A stretch of 64,000 bases of DNA from an uncultured Bacteroidales bacterium. GTDB taxonomy: Bacteria > Bacteroidota > Bacteroidia > Bacteroidales > Bacteroidaceae. Positions 1 to 9,289 of the stretch are shown here, piece after piece (the first letter of the stretch is position 1; each line of letters starts with the position of its first letter). Location of the stretch: contig CASFRV010000006.1 of NCBI GenBank assembly GCA_949297215.1, positions 20,149-84,148 on the forward strand, in the 5' to 3' direction. A program made the translations under genes and the position numbers. The notes beneath the pieces are model-generated. The model did no database searches. It saw only the letters and a list, made by a program, of their open reading frames with translations, and was not told the origin of the DNA.

Positions 1-25
1 GATGTCCGACGTGCAAAGATACAAA

Positions 26-190
26 CAATTGACAATCTGGGCTTCGCAATTGACAATGGACAATGGACAATTGACAATTAAGAATTGACATTGGAGCGCC
101 AATTTCGCTTGTTTCCTTAAAAACCCAGTGTTCATCTTGCAGTGCAGGCCGAGCCCCAATTGTCAATTGTCAATTATCAATTGTCAATTA
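26..190. repeat. Composite inverted repeat made of tandem TTGACAAT / ATTGTCAA units (copy 1)
   Basis: Left arm 26-94 has several CAATTGACAAT-like units. Right arm 157-190 has CAATTGTCAAT units in the opposite orientation. A unique core of about 60 nt lies between them. A second copy is at 38081-38226. Confidence 0.8.
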
Positions 191-194
191 TTTT

Positions 195-202
195 TACCTT
201 TG
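195..202 (+). promoter_or_regulatory. Bacteroidota -7 promoter box TACCTTTG upstream of TonB-dependent receptor
   Basis: Matches TAnnTTTG, 65 nt upstream of the ATG at 267. Confidence 0.5.
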
Positions 203-266
203 CCGGCGATAAGCCGCCCGGCGTCTGTGCCGGCGGCAAGGTTTTACCATTTTTAAATTCAACCTT

Positions 267-2321
267 ATGTTTTACATTCATCAGCGGTACGACAGGCCGC
301 TCACGTTCCGCCGCTTCAGCCGCAAGGGGTATGCCCTTTTTGCCTGCATGGGCCGCGAGGTGCGCATCGGCGTGCTCAGTGCAGCCACGCTGCTGAGCGC
401 CGCCCCGCGCCTGGCAGCCGCCACGCCTGGTGCTCACCTGGCGCTCGACAGCCTTCCGGCCGACACGCTGCGCCTCGCCGAGAGCGTTGTGCGTGCGGGA
501 CGTCCGCCGCGGCCGCAGCTCGATGCCGTGCGTCGCGTGCTCGTTTTCACGCGGCACGATTTGGAGGTGGCCGGCGTGGCCAGTGTCAACGATTTGCTCA
601 AGCAAGCCGCAGGCGTCGATGTCCGTCAGCGCGGCGGCTTCGGTGTTCAGACGGACATCAGCATCAACGGAGGCACTTTTGACCAGATCGCCTTGTTTGT
701 CAACGGCGTCTCCGTGAGCAACCCGCAGACCGGCCACAACGCGGCCGACTTTCCCCTCAACCTTTCCGACATCCTGCGCGTCGAAGTGCTCGAAGGAGCA
801 GCGGCACGCCTCCTGGGCAGCGGTGCATTCAGCGGCGCTGTCAACGTCGTCACGCGCTCCGGCGGCGAGCGCCTGCGGGCAAGCGTGACGGGCGGCAGCT
901 ACGGCACGCTGGGCGCCGAGGCGCGCACGGCCTGGACGCCGGGCCCTTTCGCTACGTCGGTCAGCCTCTCCTACATGCGTTCCGACGGCGCGGTGCCTGC
1001 CACCGACTTCGACCGCGTCAAGGCCTATTGGAGCGGCCGCTACGAGGGCCGCGGCGTGCGCCTGAGCGCCCAGGCCGGCTTCACCGGGCAGCGTTTCGGC
1101 GCGTCGACCTTCTACTCGGCAGCCTGGCCCGACCAGTGGGAAGCCACGCGGCGCACCCTCCTCTCGCTCCGTGCCGAAACGACGGGGCCCGTCGGTCTTT
1201 ATGTGCAGGGCTCGTGGCTCCGCTCCACCGACCATTACCAGCTCACGCGCGGCAGCCGTGAGGGTGAAAACTTCAACCGCGGCGCCATTACGACCCTCAG
1301 CGCCGGCCTCACGCTGCCCTGGGCGGGCGGCCACACCTCGCTCGGCGCCGAGCTGCGCCGCGAGGACCTGCTCAGCTCCAACCTGGGCCGTCCGCTGCCC
1401 GAGGGCGACGAGCGCCCCGTGCCGGGCCACGACGGCAGGTTCTACACCCGCAGCGACGGCCGCACCCACACCTCCTTTTTCCTCGACCACCGCATTGCCT
1501 TGGGCGCCTGGACCCTCTCGGCGGGCGTCACGGCCCAGCGCAACTCGTGGGCCGGCGAGCGTTTCGGCTTCTACCCCGGCGTCGACGTGGGCTGGCGCCC
1601 CGCGCCGCAGTGGAGCCTGACGGCCTCGTGTAACCGCGCCCTGCGCCTGCCCACCTTTACCGACCTCTACTACAAGAGCCCCACGCTCGAAGGCAACGTG
1701 GGCCTGCGCCCCGAGCGGTGCGACGCCTTCCGCCTGGCCGCCTCCCACGTGCGCCCGTGGCTCGACGCCACGCTCTCGCTTTGGTACAATCGTGGCGACG
1801 GCCTTATCGACTGGGCCATGTATGCCCCCGACGACGTCTACCATGCCACCTCGTTCGACCTCGACACGTGGGGCCTTGGCGCTTCGGCCACGCTCCGAGC
1901 CGACGCTCTCTGGGGCACGGAGCAGCCCCTGCGCCGCCTGCGCGTCGACTATGCCTGGATGCGCCAGCACCGGCGCGACGCCGTGCCCGTTTTCCGCTCC
2001 AACTATGCCCTCGAATACCTGCGCCATAAGCTCACCCTCAGCCTCGGCCACCGCCTCTGGTCGCGTTTGGGGGCCGTGTGGTCGCTGCGCATGCAGGACC
2101 GCGCCGGTGCCTGGCAGCGCTATCAGGGCGGCCGTCCCACGGGCGAGCTCGTGCCCTATGGCCTCTACGCCCTGCTCGATTGCAGGCTGAGCTGGACAGA
2201 GCCCGCGTGGGAGCTCACGCTCGACCTGACGAACCTCACCGCCCGCCGCTGCTACGACCTGGGCGGCGTGCGCCAGCCCGGTTTTCTCCTCATGGCGGGG
2301 GCCGCGTGGCGCCTGCCCTGA
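267..2321 (+). CDS. TonB-dependent outer-membrane receptor (plug + beta-barrel)
   Basis: 684 aa. Has a signal-like N-terminus and plug-domain motifs (DISINGGTFDQIALFVNGVSVSNPQTG, ILRVEVLEGAAARLLGSGAFSGAVNVVT). C-terminal barrel has alternating aromatic residues. Confidence 0.85.
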   Translation: MFYIHQRYDRPLTFRRFSRKGYALFACMGREVRIGVLSAATLLSAAPRLAAATPGAHLALDSLPADTLRLAESVVRAGRPPRPQLDAVRRVLVFTRHDLEVAGVASVNDLLKQAAGVDVRQRGGFGVQTDISINGGTFDQIALFVNGVSVSNPQTGHNAADFPLNLSDILRVEVLEGAAARLLGSGAFSGAVNVVTRSGGERLRASVTGGSYGTLGAEARTAWTPGPFATSVSLSYMRSDGAVPATDFDRVKAYWSGRYEGRGVRLSAQAGFTGQRFGASTFYSAAWPDQWEATRRTLLSLRAETTGPVGLYVQGSWLRSTDHYQLTRGSREGENFNRGAITTLSAGLTLPWAGGHTSLGAELRREDLLSSNLGRPLPEGDERPVPGHDGRFYTRSDGRTHTSFFLDHRIALGAWTLSAGVTAQRNSWAGERFGFYPGVDVGWRPAPQWSLTASCNRALRLPTFTDLYYKSPTLEGNVGLRPERCDAFRLAASHVRPWLDATLSLWYNRGDGLIDWAMYAPDDVYHATSFDLDTWGLGASATLRADALWGTEQPLRRLRVDYAWMRQHRRDAVPVFRSNYALEYLRHKLTLSLGHRLWSRLGAVWSLRMQDRAGAWQRYQGGRPTGELVPYGLYALLDCRLSWTEPAWELTLDLTNLTARRCYDLGGVRQPGFLLMAGAAWRLP

Positions 2322-2713
2322 CGGGTGCGTGGCGCAGCCCTCGAAGGCGGGTCGCACGGCACAGGCTGTTGCGGCCCGCTTTTGCTTGGAGCCCGTAGCA
2401 GGGCGGTCCTTCACGCGCGCGCGTAAAAAGCTCCGGCAACCGCAGAGCGGTGAGCTTGTTTTTGTCATTACGCAGGAAATCAGAGAGTTACGCATGGCTC
2501 GAATTTTTAAATTTCGACCTAAAAATATTTATCTCGTTTGAGAGAGGAGGGTTTAGGGAAATAGGTAGGGTTATTTTTTTCTTTTGGTTCTTTTCTTTTT
2601 TTGTAGGGGAGGGAAGAGGGAAAGGGAGGAGAGAGTGAAGTAAAATTTCGCGGTGTTTGCCGCAGGCATTTCTTCGCGTCTCTCCGTCCCCGTGCAGGGT
2701 GTGTGTCGTTGCT

Positions 2714-2899
2714 TCATAGCGCGGCCACGATGAGCTCCGCCTGGTGGCGCGTCAGAAACTTGCAGCGCTCCGTCCAGCCCGTGCGTTTGAGCGTGCTCAT
2801 GAGGCGACGGTTGAGGCGGATGTTTTCCAGCAGCAGGCGTCGGGCATGCCCCGGCGAATAGTCGGGGAAGAGGCGGAGCGCCAGCTCGCTTTTGCTCAT
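2714..2899 (-). CDS. DUF4248-like small protein
   Basis: MSKSELALRLFPDYSPGHARRLLLENIRLNRRLMSTLKRTGWTERCKFLTRHQAELIVAAL resembles the Bacteroidales DUF4248 family. Start moved to the internal ATG at 2899. Confidence 0.6.
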   Translation of the reverse strand: MSKSELALRLFPDYSPGHARRLLLENIRLNRRLMSTLKRTGWTERCKFLTRHQAELIVAAL

Positions 2900-2939
2900 G
2901 CCCCCGCGCAGAGGGATGCGTCCTCCGGCGGGGGCAGCG

Positions 2940-3215
2940 TCAGCAGGATGCGTTGCCATAGGCCAGCAGATAGAGGCGTTTCAACATGGCAAACGTGATG
3001 CCCCATTCGCGCGCACGGCGCTCGCCCAGCAGGCGCACGGCCGCAGGCGTGTCGCAGGGGCCCGGGCGCTCGGGCGTGTCGGCCGGCGTGCGGCTGTCGT
3101 CGGTCGCAGTCATGACCGTGGCCAGGGCATCATACAGGAAGAGGCGCTTCGAAGCCTCGTCTTCTTGGCGGATGAGCAGGAGCACCCGCTCGTTGAGCGA
3201 TAAAAATCTGTCCAT
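2940..3215 (-). CDS. Hypothetical protein (92 aa)
   Basis: Internal ATG at 3215, strong G/C third-position bias, directly upstream of the DUF4248 gene. No family recognised. Confidence 0.35.
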   Translation of the reverse strand: MDRFLSLNERVLLLIRQEDEASKRLFLYDALATVMTATDDSRTPADTPERPGPCDTPAAVRLLGERRAREWGITFAMLKRLYLLAYGNASC

Positions 3216-3554
3216 AATGTTGTGGGTTGAAAAAATTTTTGATAATTTTGTTCCGAAACGTTTTCGCAGACGCTTCCCGAGGAAAGGTGTCTGGTTACAA
3301 AAATAGGCTATTCTGACGAGATTGACTAACATTTTGTCTCGCAAAATGTAGGTCGTTAAGCAATTTTAATAGTCGGTCCCCCGCAGACCCTTTTCGGCGG
3401 GGTGGAGCGCTGCCCGCTTCGCCCGTCCGCTCTGTGCCCGCCGGCGGGTGCGGCCGCAGGCCGCGAAACGTGGCCCGACGGGCAGCATCGGCGCTTTTTT
3501 GCATGGCTTGCAGCGATGGTTTTTCGCGTCGGTTTTTGTGGATAAGGCGTCGAT

Positions 3555-3590
3555 TTCGTCGACAAGCGGTTTTTTTCGTGGACAAGCGGT
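3555..3590 (+). promoter_or_regulatory. Direct repeat pair TTTCGT(C/G)GACAAGCGGT, candidate LytTR operator
   Basis: GACAAGCGGT is exact at 3561-3570 and 3581-3590 (20-bp period). The repeat extends to 17 bp with one mismatch. It lies 70-100 bp upstream of the kinase ATG at 3661. Confidence 0.4.
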
Positions 3591-3660
3591 CGGTCGGGCC
3601 CGCAGTGGGGCTCTCGGCCGGCGTTGGCCCATTGGCAGATTTTCCTTAAATTTGTTCCCC

Positions 3661-5796
3661 ATGAAGCATACAGCGACGGCGAGCGCCCTCGGGGTGGCCG
3701 CAAAGCTCTGCCTCGTCATGGCAGCCCTGGGGCTGTCGTGGAGGTGCGGAGCGGGGGGCGACGTGCCTCCCGAAGCCGCCGCCGGCAGCGTCGAGCGCAG
3801 GGTGGCCTCGGCGCTGAGGGCCGGCCGCACGGCCGAGGCAAGGAGCTGTGCCGAGGCGGCCATCCGCCATGCGTCCGACTCCGACTCGCTCCACCTCTAC
3901 CGCCTCTGCCTAGCCGACGTGGCGATGGCCGAGGCCCGCCCCGACGAGGCCCGGCGCCTGGGGCGCGAGAGCCTTGCGTGGCTCGATGGCCGCGAGGAGA
4001 CGCCCCTGCGCCTCTACATGAAAATCAAGGCCATGAAGCTGCGCTCGGTCTACTTTTCGACCTACCATTTCGACGCCCCGCGCCTGATGGCCAGCTGCCG
4101 CGAGGCCTTGGAGCTGGCCGGGCGCTACGGCGACGCCTCGCTGCTCGTGGTGTGCCTCTCGAACCTGGGCGACGCCTACCGGCAGGCGGGGCAGCCCGCC
4201 CGCGCGGCCGACTGCTACCGGCGCTCCATCGCCCTGGCCGACAGCGTGGGCGCGGCGCCGGCCGAGTACGTGAGCCTCTACCAGGGGCTGGCCACGACGC
4301 TCACCACCGTGCACGACTTTGCCCACAGCCGCCTGTGGTGGGAGCGGGCGCGCAGCCTGGCTCCCCACATGACGCGCGAGGAGCGCTTCAACTACTTCAA
4401 CAACCGCGGCAACGACTATTACTACCGCGGCGACTACGACAGCTGCCGCCTGATGTTTCTGGCGCTCGACAGTCTGCTCGACACCTATCCCTCGACCGAG
4501 TGGGAACGGCAGTTTTGCCACACCAACCTGCTCGACGTATGCCTGCGCCTGGGCCGCACGCAGGAGGCCCGCCGCCTGCTGCACCCCGCGCTGGCCTATT
4601 TCGAAAGCCAGGGAGCAAGGGTGCCCCTGTCGCACCTGCGCACGCAGCAGATGGAGCTGGCCCGCCTCGAAGGCCGCCCCGAGGCAGCGCTGGCGCTGGC
4701 CCGCCGCCACCCCCTGCCGCCGGGCACCAAGCCCGAGCAGCGCCTGCTGCGGCTGGAAGCCCTCATGAAGGCCTCGGCCTCTGCGGGGCGCTGGCACGAG
4801 GCTTTCGACTGGCAGGTGCGCCACCGCGCACTGGCCGACTCGGTGAGCGGCCGCGCCATACGCGAACGCATCGAGATGGACCGCCTGGCCTACGAGCGCG
4901 ACACCACCCTCATCCGCCAGCGCATGGAGCTCAGCGTGGCCCGCTCGCAGCTCATGGCCGGCTATGCGTGGCTCGCCGTGGCCCTGCTGCTGCTCGTGGC
5001 GGCCGTGGCGGCCCTCGTCGCCCACCGGCGTCGCGCCCGCGAGCGCGAGCGGCGGCTCTACAACGACGTGGTGGTCCTGCGCATGCGCAACGTGCGGCAG
5101 CGCATCACGCCCCACTTCATGGCCAACGCCCTGAACCACGAGAACACGGCGCGCAGCGACGGCCGCGGCTCGCAGCTCTCCACGCTCTCGGCCCTGCTAC
5201 GTCAGGGGCAGGCCCTGGCCGACGAGCTGGCCATCCCCCTCTCGGCCGAGCTGCGCTTCATCGACTTCTACGTGCAGGTGGAGGCCGGCAGCCTGCCCGA
5301 GGGCTTCAGCTACGAGAAACGGGTGGAGCCCGGCATCGACGCCGACGCCGTGACGGTGCCCTCGATGGCGGTGCAGATCGTCGTTGAGAACGCCCTCAAG
5401 CACGGCCTGCGGGGCCATGCCTTCGCTCCGGGCGAGACGCCCCGCCTGCTCATCGGCGTGAAGCGCGCCGCGGGCGGCACCCTCGTCGAGGTGGCCAACA
5501 ACGGACGGCCCTATGTGCCGCCTGCCCCCGACAGCTCCACGGGCACGGGGCTGCGCGTCATCCGCCAGACGCTCCTGCTGCTCAACATGCAGAACGACGT
5601 GCCCATGACCTTTACGCTGCGCCCCGCCACCGACGGCGGTGCCTGCACGACGCAGGCCTGCCTGTTTGTGCCCGACGGCTACCGCTTCGACCTGCCCGCC
5701 CGCTGCGACGACAGGGAGAGCCGCGGCGGCGCACGACCCTCATCATCAACGAAAACAACCAGAAAAAAACGCAAATGGCTCCCTTATCGAAAGTAG
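3661..5796 (+). CDS. Sensor histidine kinase, LytS/YehU type, with N-terminal TPR-like region
   Basis: Start at MKHTATASALG (signal/TM). Has a TPR-like repeat region and a TM helix (YAWLAVALLLLVAAVAALVA). His_kinase motif ITPHFMANALN and ATPase motif VENALKHG are present. Confidence 0.85.
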   Translation: MKHTATASALGVAAKLCLVMAALGLSWRCGAGGDVPPEAAAGSVERRVASALRAGRTAEARSCAEAAIRHASDSDSLHLYRLCLADVAMAEARPDEARRLGRESLAWLDGREETPLRLYMKIKAMKLRSVYFSTYHFDAPRLMASCREALELAGRYGDASLLVVCLSNLGDAYRQAGQPARAADCYRRSIALADSVGAAPAEYVSLYQGLATTLTTVHDFAHSRLWWERARSLAPHMTREERFNYFNNRGNDYYYRGDYDSCRLMFLALDSLLDTYPSTEWERQFCHTNLLDVCLRLGRTQEARRLLHPALAYFESQGARVPLSHLRTQQMELARLEGRPEAALALARRHPLPPGTKPEQRLLRLEALMKASASAGRWHEAFDWQVRHRALADSVSGRAIRERIEMDRLAYERDTTLIRQRMELSVARSQLMAGYAWLAVALLLLVAAVAALVAHRRRARERERRLYNDVVVLRMRNVRQRITPHFMANALNHENTARSDGRGSQLSTLSALLRQGQALADELAIPLSAELRFIDFYVQVEAGSLPEGFSYEKRVEPGIDADAVTVPSMAVQIVVENALKHGLRGHAFAPGETPRLLIGVKRAAGGTLVEVANNGRPYVPPAPDSSTGTGLRVIRQTLLLLNMQNDVPMTFTLRPATDGGACTTQACLFVPDGYRFDLPARCDDRESRGGARPSSSTKTTRKKRKWLPYRK

Positions 5797-6548
5797 TCAT
5801 CATCGACGACGACCCCCTGGCCATCGACGTGCTCCGCGAAGCGCTGACGCGCCATGCCGAGATCGACGTGGCCGCCACGGCCACCGACGCCGTGGCCGGA
5901 CGCGCAGCCATCCTCATGCAGCGCCCCGACCTGCTCTTTCTCGACATCGAGCTGCCACCCGTCGAGGGCGGCGAGGAGAACGGGCTCGACTTTCTGCAAT
6001 CGCTGCGTCCGCAGGTGGCGTGGGGCATGCGCGTGGTCTTCTATACCTCGTACGAGAAATATCTGCTGCAAGCGCTGCGCGCCGCAGCCTTCGACTATCT
6101 GCTCAAACCCCTGGACGAAAGCGAGCTGACGGCCCTGCTCGACCGCTATGCCGGCCGCCGCACCGACGACCTGCAACGCGTCGACGCCGCCATACGCGAC
6201 CTGCGACGGGCCCGCCCCTTGCTCCTGACGAACGAGGAGGGCGAAAAGGTGGTGGTGCGCCCCCACAGCGTGGGCTACTTTTCCTACAACTCGGGCCGCA
6301 AGACGTGGGAGGCCGTGCTCGACGACGGGCGCCGCGTCCTGCTCAAGCACAACACGACGGCCGAGGCCATCCTCGACTATGGCAACGAGTTTGTGCGCAT
6401 CCACAAGATGTACATCATCAACGTGAGCTACCTCTCGGTCATCCGCGAGGGAGAGCTCAGCCTGGCCTACCCCTTCCACAAGGTGGAGGGGCTGAAGGTT
6501 TCGAAAATGTACAGGAAAGTGCTGCTCGACCGCTTTTACGACATCTGA
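5775..6548 (+). CDS. LytR/AlgR-family response regulator (receiver + LytTR DNA-binding domain)
   Basis: 257 aa. Receiver motifs VVIIDDDPLAI and LLFLDIELP. C-terminal LytTR-like FVRIHKMYIINVSYL. Overlaps the kinase end by 22 nt. Confidence 0.9.
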   Translation: MAPLSKVVIIDDDPLAIDVLREALTRHAEIDVAATATDAVAGRAAILMQRPDLLFLDIELPPVEGGEENGLDFLQSLRPQVAWGMRVVFYTSYEKYLLQALRAAAFDYLLKPLDESELTALLDRYAGRRTDDLQRVDAAIRDLRRARPLLLTNEEGEKVVVRPHSVGYFSYNSGRKTWEAVLDDGRRVLLKHNTTAEAILDYGNEFVRIHKMYIINVSYLSVIREGELSLAYPFHKVEGLKVSKMYRKVLLDRFYDI

Positions 6549-7639
6549 GGCAGCAGCGCGGCTTCGAACCGGCGGCCGCCGGGCGTGAGGCAGACGGCCC
6601 CCGCCCCGGCGGCCGCTGCCGTACCGCAAGGGGCCACGACGAAGCGCCACGGGCCGTCGCCGCCCGTCCACGCGCGCAGGCTGAGGGCCACGCTGCCCAT
6701 CGTGTGGCGCAGGTTGAGCTCGACGCAGGGGTGCAGGCGGGGCCCGCGGTCAGTCATGACGCTCATCATGTCGACGCCCAGGGGCCCCACGTAGCGGCCG
6801 GCCAGCAGGCGCGGCAGCTCGCTTTCGAGCGCGGCCACGGCAGCCCCGAAGGCGCGGGGGCCCACCTCCTGCTCCACACGGGCCAGGAGCACGCCCTCGG
6901 GGGCCACGAGGTTGCCGGCATAGGCCCCGGCAGCCGTGGTGAGAAAAACGGAGAGCCCGGCGTAGCGCACGGCGCCATCGGGCGTGGCGGTAAACTCGGC
7001 CGCAAAGTCGAGCCGGCGGCGGTAGAGAGGTTCGGCCTCGACGCCGCCCTGCCGCCTCACCAGCGCCTCGACGCGCCGCGTGGCGGCACAGCCGGGGGCG
7101 TCGTAGCGGAACACGCCGCGCCCGCTGCCCGACCACGGGGCCTTGCACACCAGGGGGCCGTGGCGCCGCGCAAGGGCTTCGACCTCGGCCGGCGACGTAC
7201 ACCAGTGGCTGCTCCCCACGCTCAGGGGCAGGGCCCGGCGCAGGCGCGGCAGGAGCTCGGTGACGCGCCGGCGGTGGCTGAGACAGCGTATGGCGTCGAG
7301 CCTGTCGGGGCCGGGCAGCAGGGACGGGGCCACGCCGGCCCGCGCGAGGAGGCGCGCCACGGCGGCGTCCCATCCCCACACGTCGACGGCCGTCGCGCCC
7401 TGCACCACGCGCCGTGGCAGGCGGTCGAGGCGCTCGAAAAGCACGCCGCGCTCCACGGCCCAGCGCGGGGGAGGGGGAGCGTCGGGCGCAAGCAGCACGA
7501 CGTCGCCCGCGGCGGCCCACAGCGCGGGCAGGGCGCCCGCGTCGCTGCCGAAAAGGCGCGCCGCCTGCGAGGGGCAGTAGAGAGGCGAGCCCGAGGCCAG
7601 CGCCTCCTCGTGCGAGGGGTTGAAAAAATGGAGCTTCAT
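6536..7639 (-). CDS. Conserved hypothetical protein, ATP-grasp-like
   Basis: Start at MKLHFFNPSHEEAL (ATG 7639). KAPWSGSGRGV is a glycine-rich loop reminiscent of an ATP-grasp fold. A -7 box TAACTTTG lies on the minus strand at 7727-7720. Confidence 0.5.
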   Translation of the reverse strand: MKLHFFNPSHEEALASGSPLYCPSQAARLFGSDAGALPALWAAAGDVVLLAPDAPPPPRWAVERGVLFERLDRLPRRVVQGATAVDVWGWDAAVARLLARAGVAPSLLPGPDRLDAIRCLSHRRRVTELLPRLRRALPLSVGSSHWCTSPAEVEALARRHGPLVCKAPWSGSGRGVFRYDAPGCAATRRVEALVRRQGGVEAEPLYRRRLDFAAEFTATPDGAVRYAGLSVFLTTAAGAYAGNLVAPEGVLLARVEQEVGPRAFGAAVAALESELPRLLAGRYVGPLGVDMMSVMTDRGPRLHPCVELNLRHTMGSVALSLRAWTGGDGPWRFVVAPCGTAAAAGAGAVCLTPGGRRFEAALLPQMS

Positions 7640-7749
7640 CGAGCCTGAAAAACGTGCGGCCGCCGCCCGCTGCTGCCTGCATCGTGACAAAATGCATGCC
7701 CGGGGGCGGAAAAACCATACAAAGTTAGGGCATTTAGAAAGAAAATCCG

Positions 7750-7757
7750 TACTTTTG
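7750..7757 (+). promoter_or_regulatory. -7 promoter box TACTTTTG upstream of pepP
   Basis: TAnnTTTG match 27 nt before the ATG at 7784. Confidence 0.5.
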
Positions 7758-7783
7758 TACACTAACTTTCAATCGACACGACC

Positions 7784-9202
7784 ATGTTGTTTTCATCATC
7801 AACTTATGCCGGGCGCCGGCGGCTTTTGCGCGAGAAGGTGGGGAGCGGGCTCATCCTCCTTTTCGGCAACAACGACAGCCCCGTCAACTACCCGGCCAAT
7901 GCCTACCGTTTCCGTCAGGATAGCACGTTCCTCTACTTCTTCGGGCAGCACCGCGACGGGCTGGTGGGCGTCATCGACGCCGACAGCGGCCGCGAGATCC
8001 TCGTGGGCGACGAAATAGACATCGACGACATCGTGTGGTACGGCTCGGTGCGCTCCGTAGCTGAGATGGCCCGCGAAACGGGCGTTAGCGAGACGCTGCC
8101 CATGGCCCGTCTGGCCGACCTGGTGGACGAGGCCGTGAGCGGAGGACGCAAGGTCCACTTCCTGCCACCCTATCGCTACGATACGAAACTGCAACTGCTC
8201 GACCTGCTCCACATCCACCCGGCGGAGCAGCGCGAGGCAGCCTCGGCCGACCTCATCCGCGCCGTGGTGGACCTGCGCTCGACAAAATCGGCCGAGGAAA
8301 TCGAGGAGCTGGAACGCGCCGCCACCATCGGCTACCGCATGCACACGACGGCCATGCGCCTGTGCCGTCCGGGCGTGACGGAGCAATACATCGCAGGCGT
8401 GCTCGACGGCATCGCCGCCTCGTATGGCTGCATGGTGTCGTTCCCGAGCATCGTGACGATGCACGGGCAAATCCTGCACGGCTATCCGCGCCCCGTGGCT
8501 TTGGAGGCAGGAAAGCTCATGCTCTGCGACGCAGGCGCCGAAACCAACGAAAACTACTGCTCCGACCATACGCGCACAACGCCCGTGTCGGGCCGCTACG
8601 ACACGCGGCAGCGCGAGGTGTATGAAATCGTGGCCGACTGTCACGACCTGGCGCTCGAAAAGGCACGTCCCGGCGTGCGCTGGTGGGACGTGCACATGGA
8701 CGTGTGCCGCCTGATGGCCGCCCGCCTGAAAGAGCTGGGCCTGATGAAGGGCGACCCCGCCGAGGCTGTGGCCGCCGGCGCCCATGCCCTGTTCATGCCC
8801 CACGGCCTGGGCCACATGATGGGCATGGACGTACACGACATGGAGGGCCTGGGACAGACCAACGTGGGCTACGACGACGAGACGCGCCCGAGCGAGCAGT
8901 TTGGCACGGCCAGCCTGCGCTTTGCCCGCCGCTTGCAGGAGGGCTTCGTCGTGACCGACGAGCCGGGCATCTACTTCATCCCCGACCTCATCGACCTGTG
9001 GCGCTCCAAAGGGCTCTACACCGACTTCCTCAACTACGAGGCCATCGAACGCTACAAGGACTTCGGCGGCGTGCGCATCGAGGACGACGTGCTCGTCACG
9101 GCCGACGGATGCCGCTTCATCGGGAGCGAGCGCATACCCTACCGCCCCGACGACGTGGAGCGCTTCGTGGCCGAGCAGCACGACTCGCCGCTGCCCTATT
9201 GA
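7784..9202 (+). CDS. pepP: Xaa-Pro aminopeptidase (M24B family)
   Basis: 472 aa. Metal-binding motifs HGLGHMMGMDVHD and GVRIEDDVLVT; pita-bread fold pattern. Confidence 0.85.
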   Translation: MLFSSSTYAGRRRLLREKVGSGLILLFGNNDSPVNYPANAYRFRQDSTFLYFFGQHRDGLVGVIDADSGREILVGDEIDIDDIVWYGSVRSVAEMARETGVSETLPMARLADLVDEAVSGGRKVHFLPPYRYDTKLQLLDLLHIHPAEQREAASADLIRAVVDLRSTKSAEEIEELERAATIGYRMHTTAMRLCRPGVTEQYIAGVLDGIAASYGCMVSFPSIVTMHGQILHGYPRPVALEAGKLMLCDAGAETNENYCSDHTRTTPVSGRYDTRQREVYEIVADCHDLALEKARPGVRWWDVHMDVCRLMAARLKELGLMKGDPAEAVAAGAHALFMPHGLGHMMGMDVHDMEGLGQTNVGYDDETRPSEQFGTASLRFARRLQEGFVVTDEPGIYFIPDLIDLWRSKGLYTDFLNYEAIERYKDFGGVRIEDDVLVTADGCRFIGSERIPYRPDDVERFVAEQHDSPLPY

Positions 9203-9289
9203 GCCGGGCGCCGACGCGAGGCCGGACGGCCAACATCATTACGCAACAAACATTTATTCACTCAAAACATTCAAACAAAACATTCAGAC

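Noticed and set aside
26-190. TTGACAAT tandem units as a miniature CRISPR-like array
   Set aside because: The units are 7-11 nt with no unique spacers of constant length, and they are arranged as two inverted arms. This is not CRISPR architecture.
203-266. Possible riboswitch (for example cobalamin) in the leader of the TonB-dependent receptor
   Set aside because: Only about 60 nt is available, containing a single GC hairpin. It is far too short and no B12-box-like sequence is visible.
177-2495. 772-aa minus-strand ORF
   Set aside because: It is exactly antisense to the TonB-dependent receptor gene. Composition is dominated by A/G/R/V/H, there is no recognisable motif, and it is typical of the long stop-free antisense frames seen in high-G+C DNA.
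3561-3590. 8-nt identity (GACAAGCG) between the LytTR direct repeats and the sequence just 5' of the lone CRISPR repeat (28376-28383)
   Set aside because: An 8-mer match is expected by chance about once or twice in 64 kb on two strands. There is no extended complementarity.
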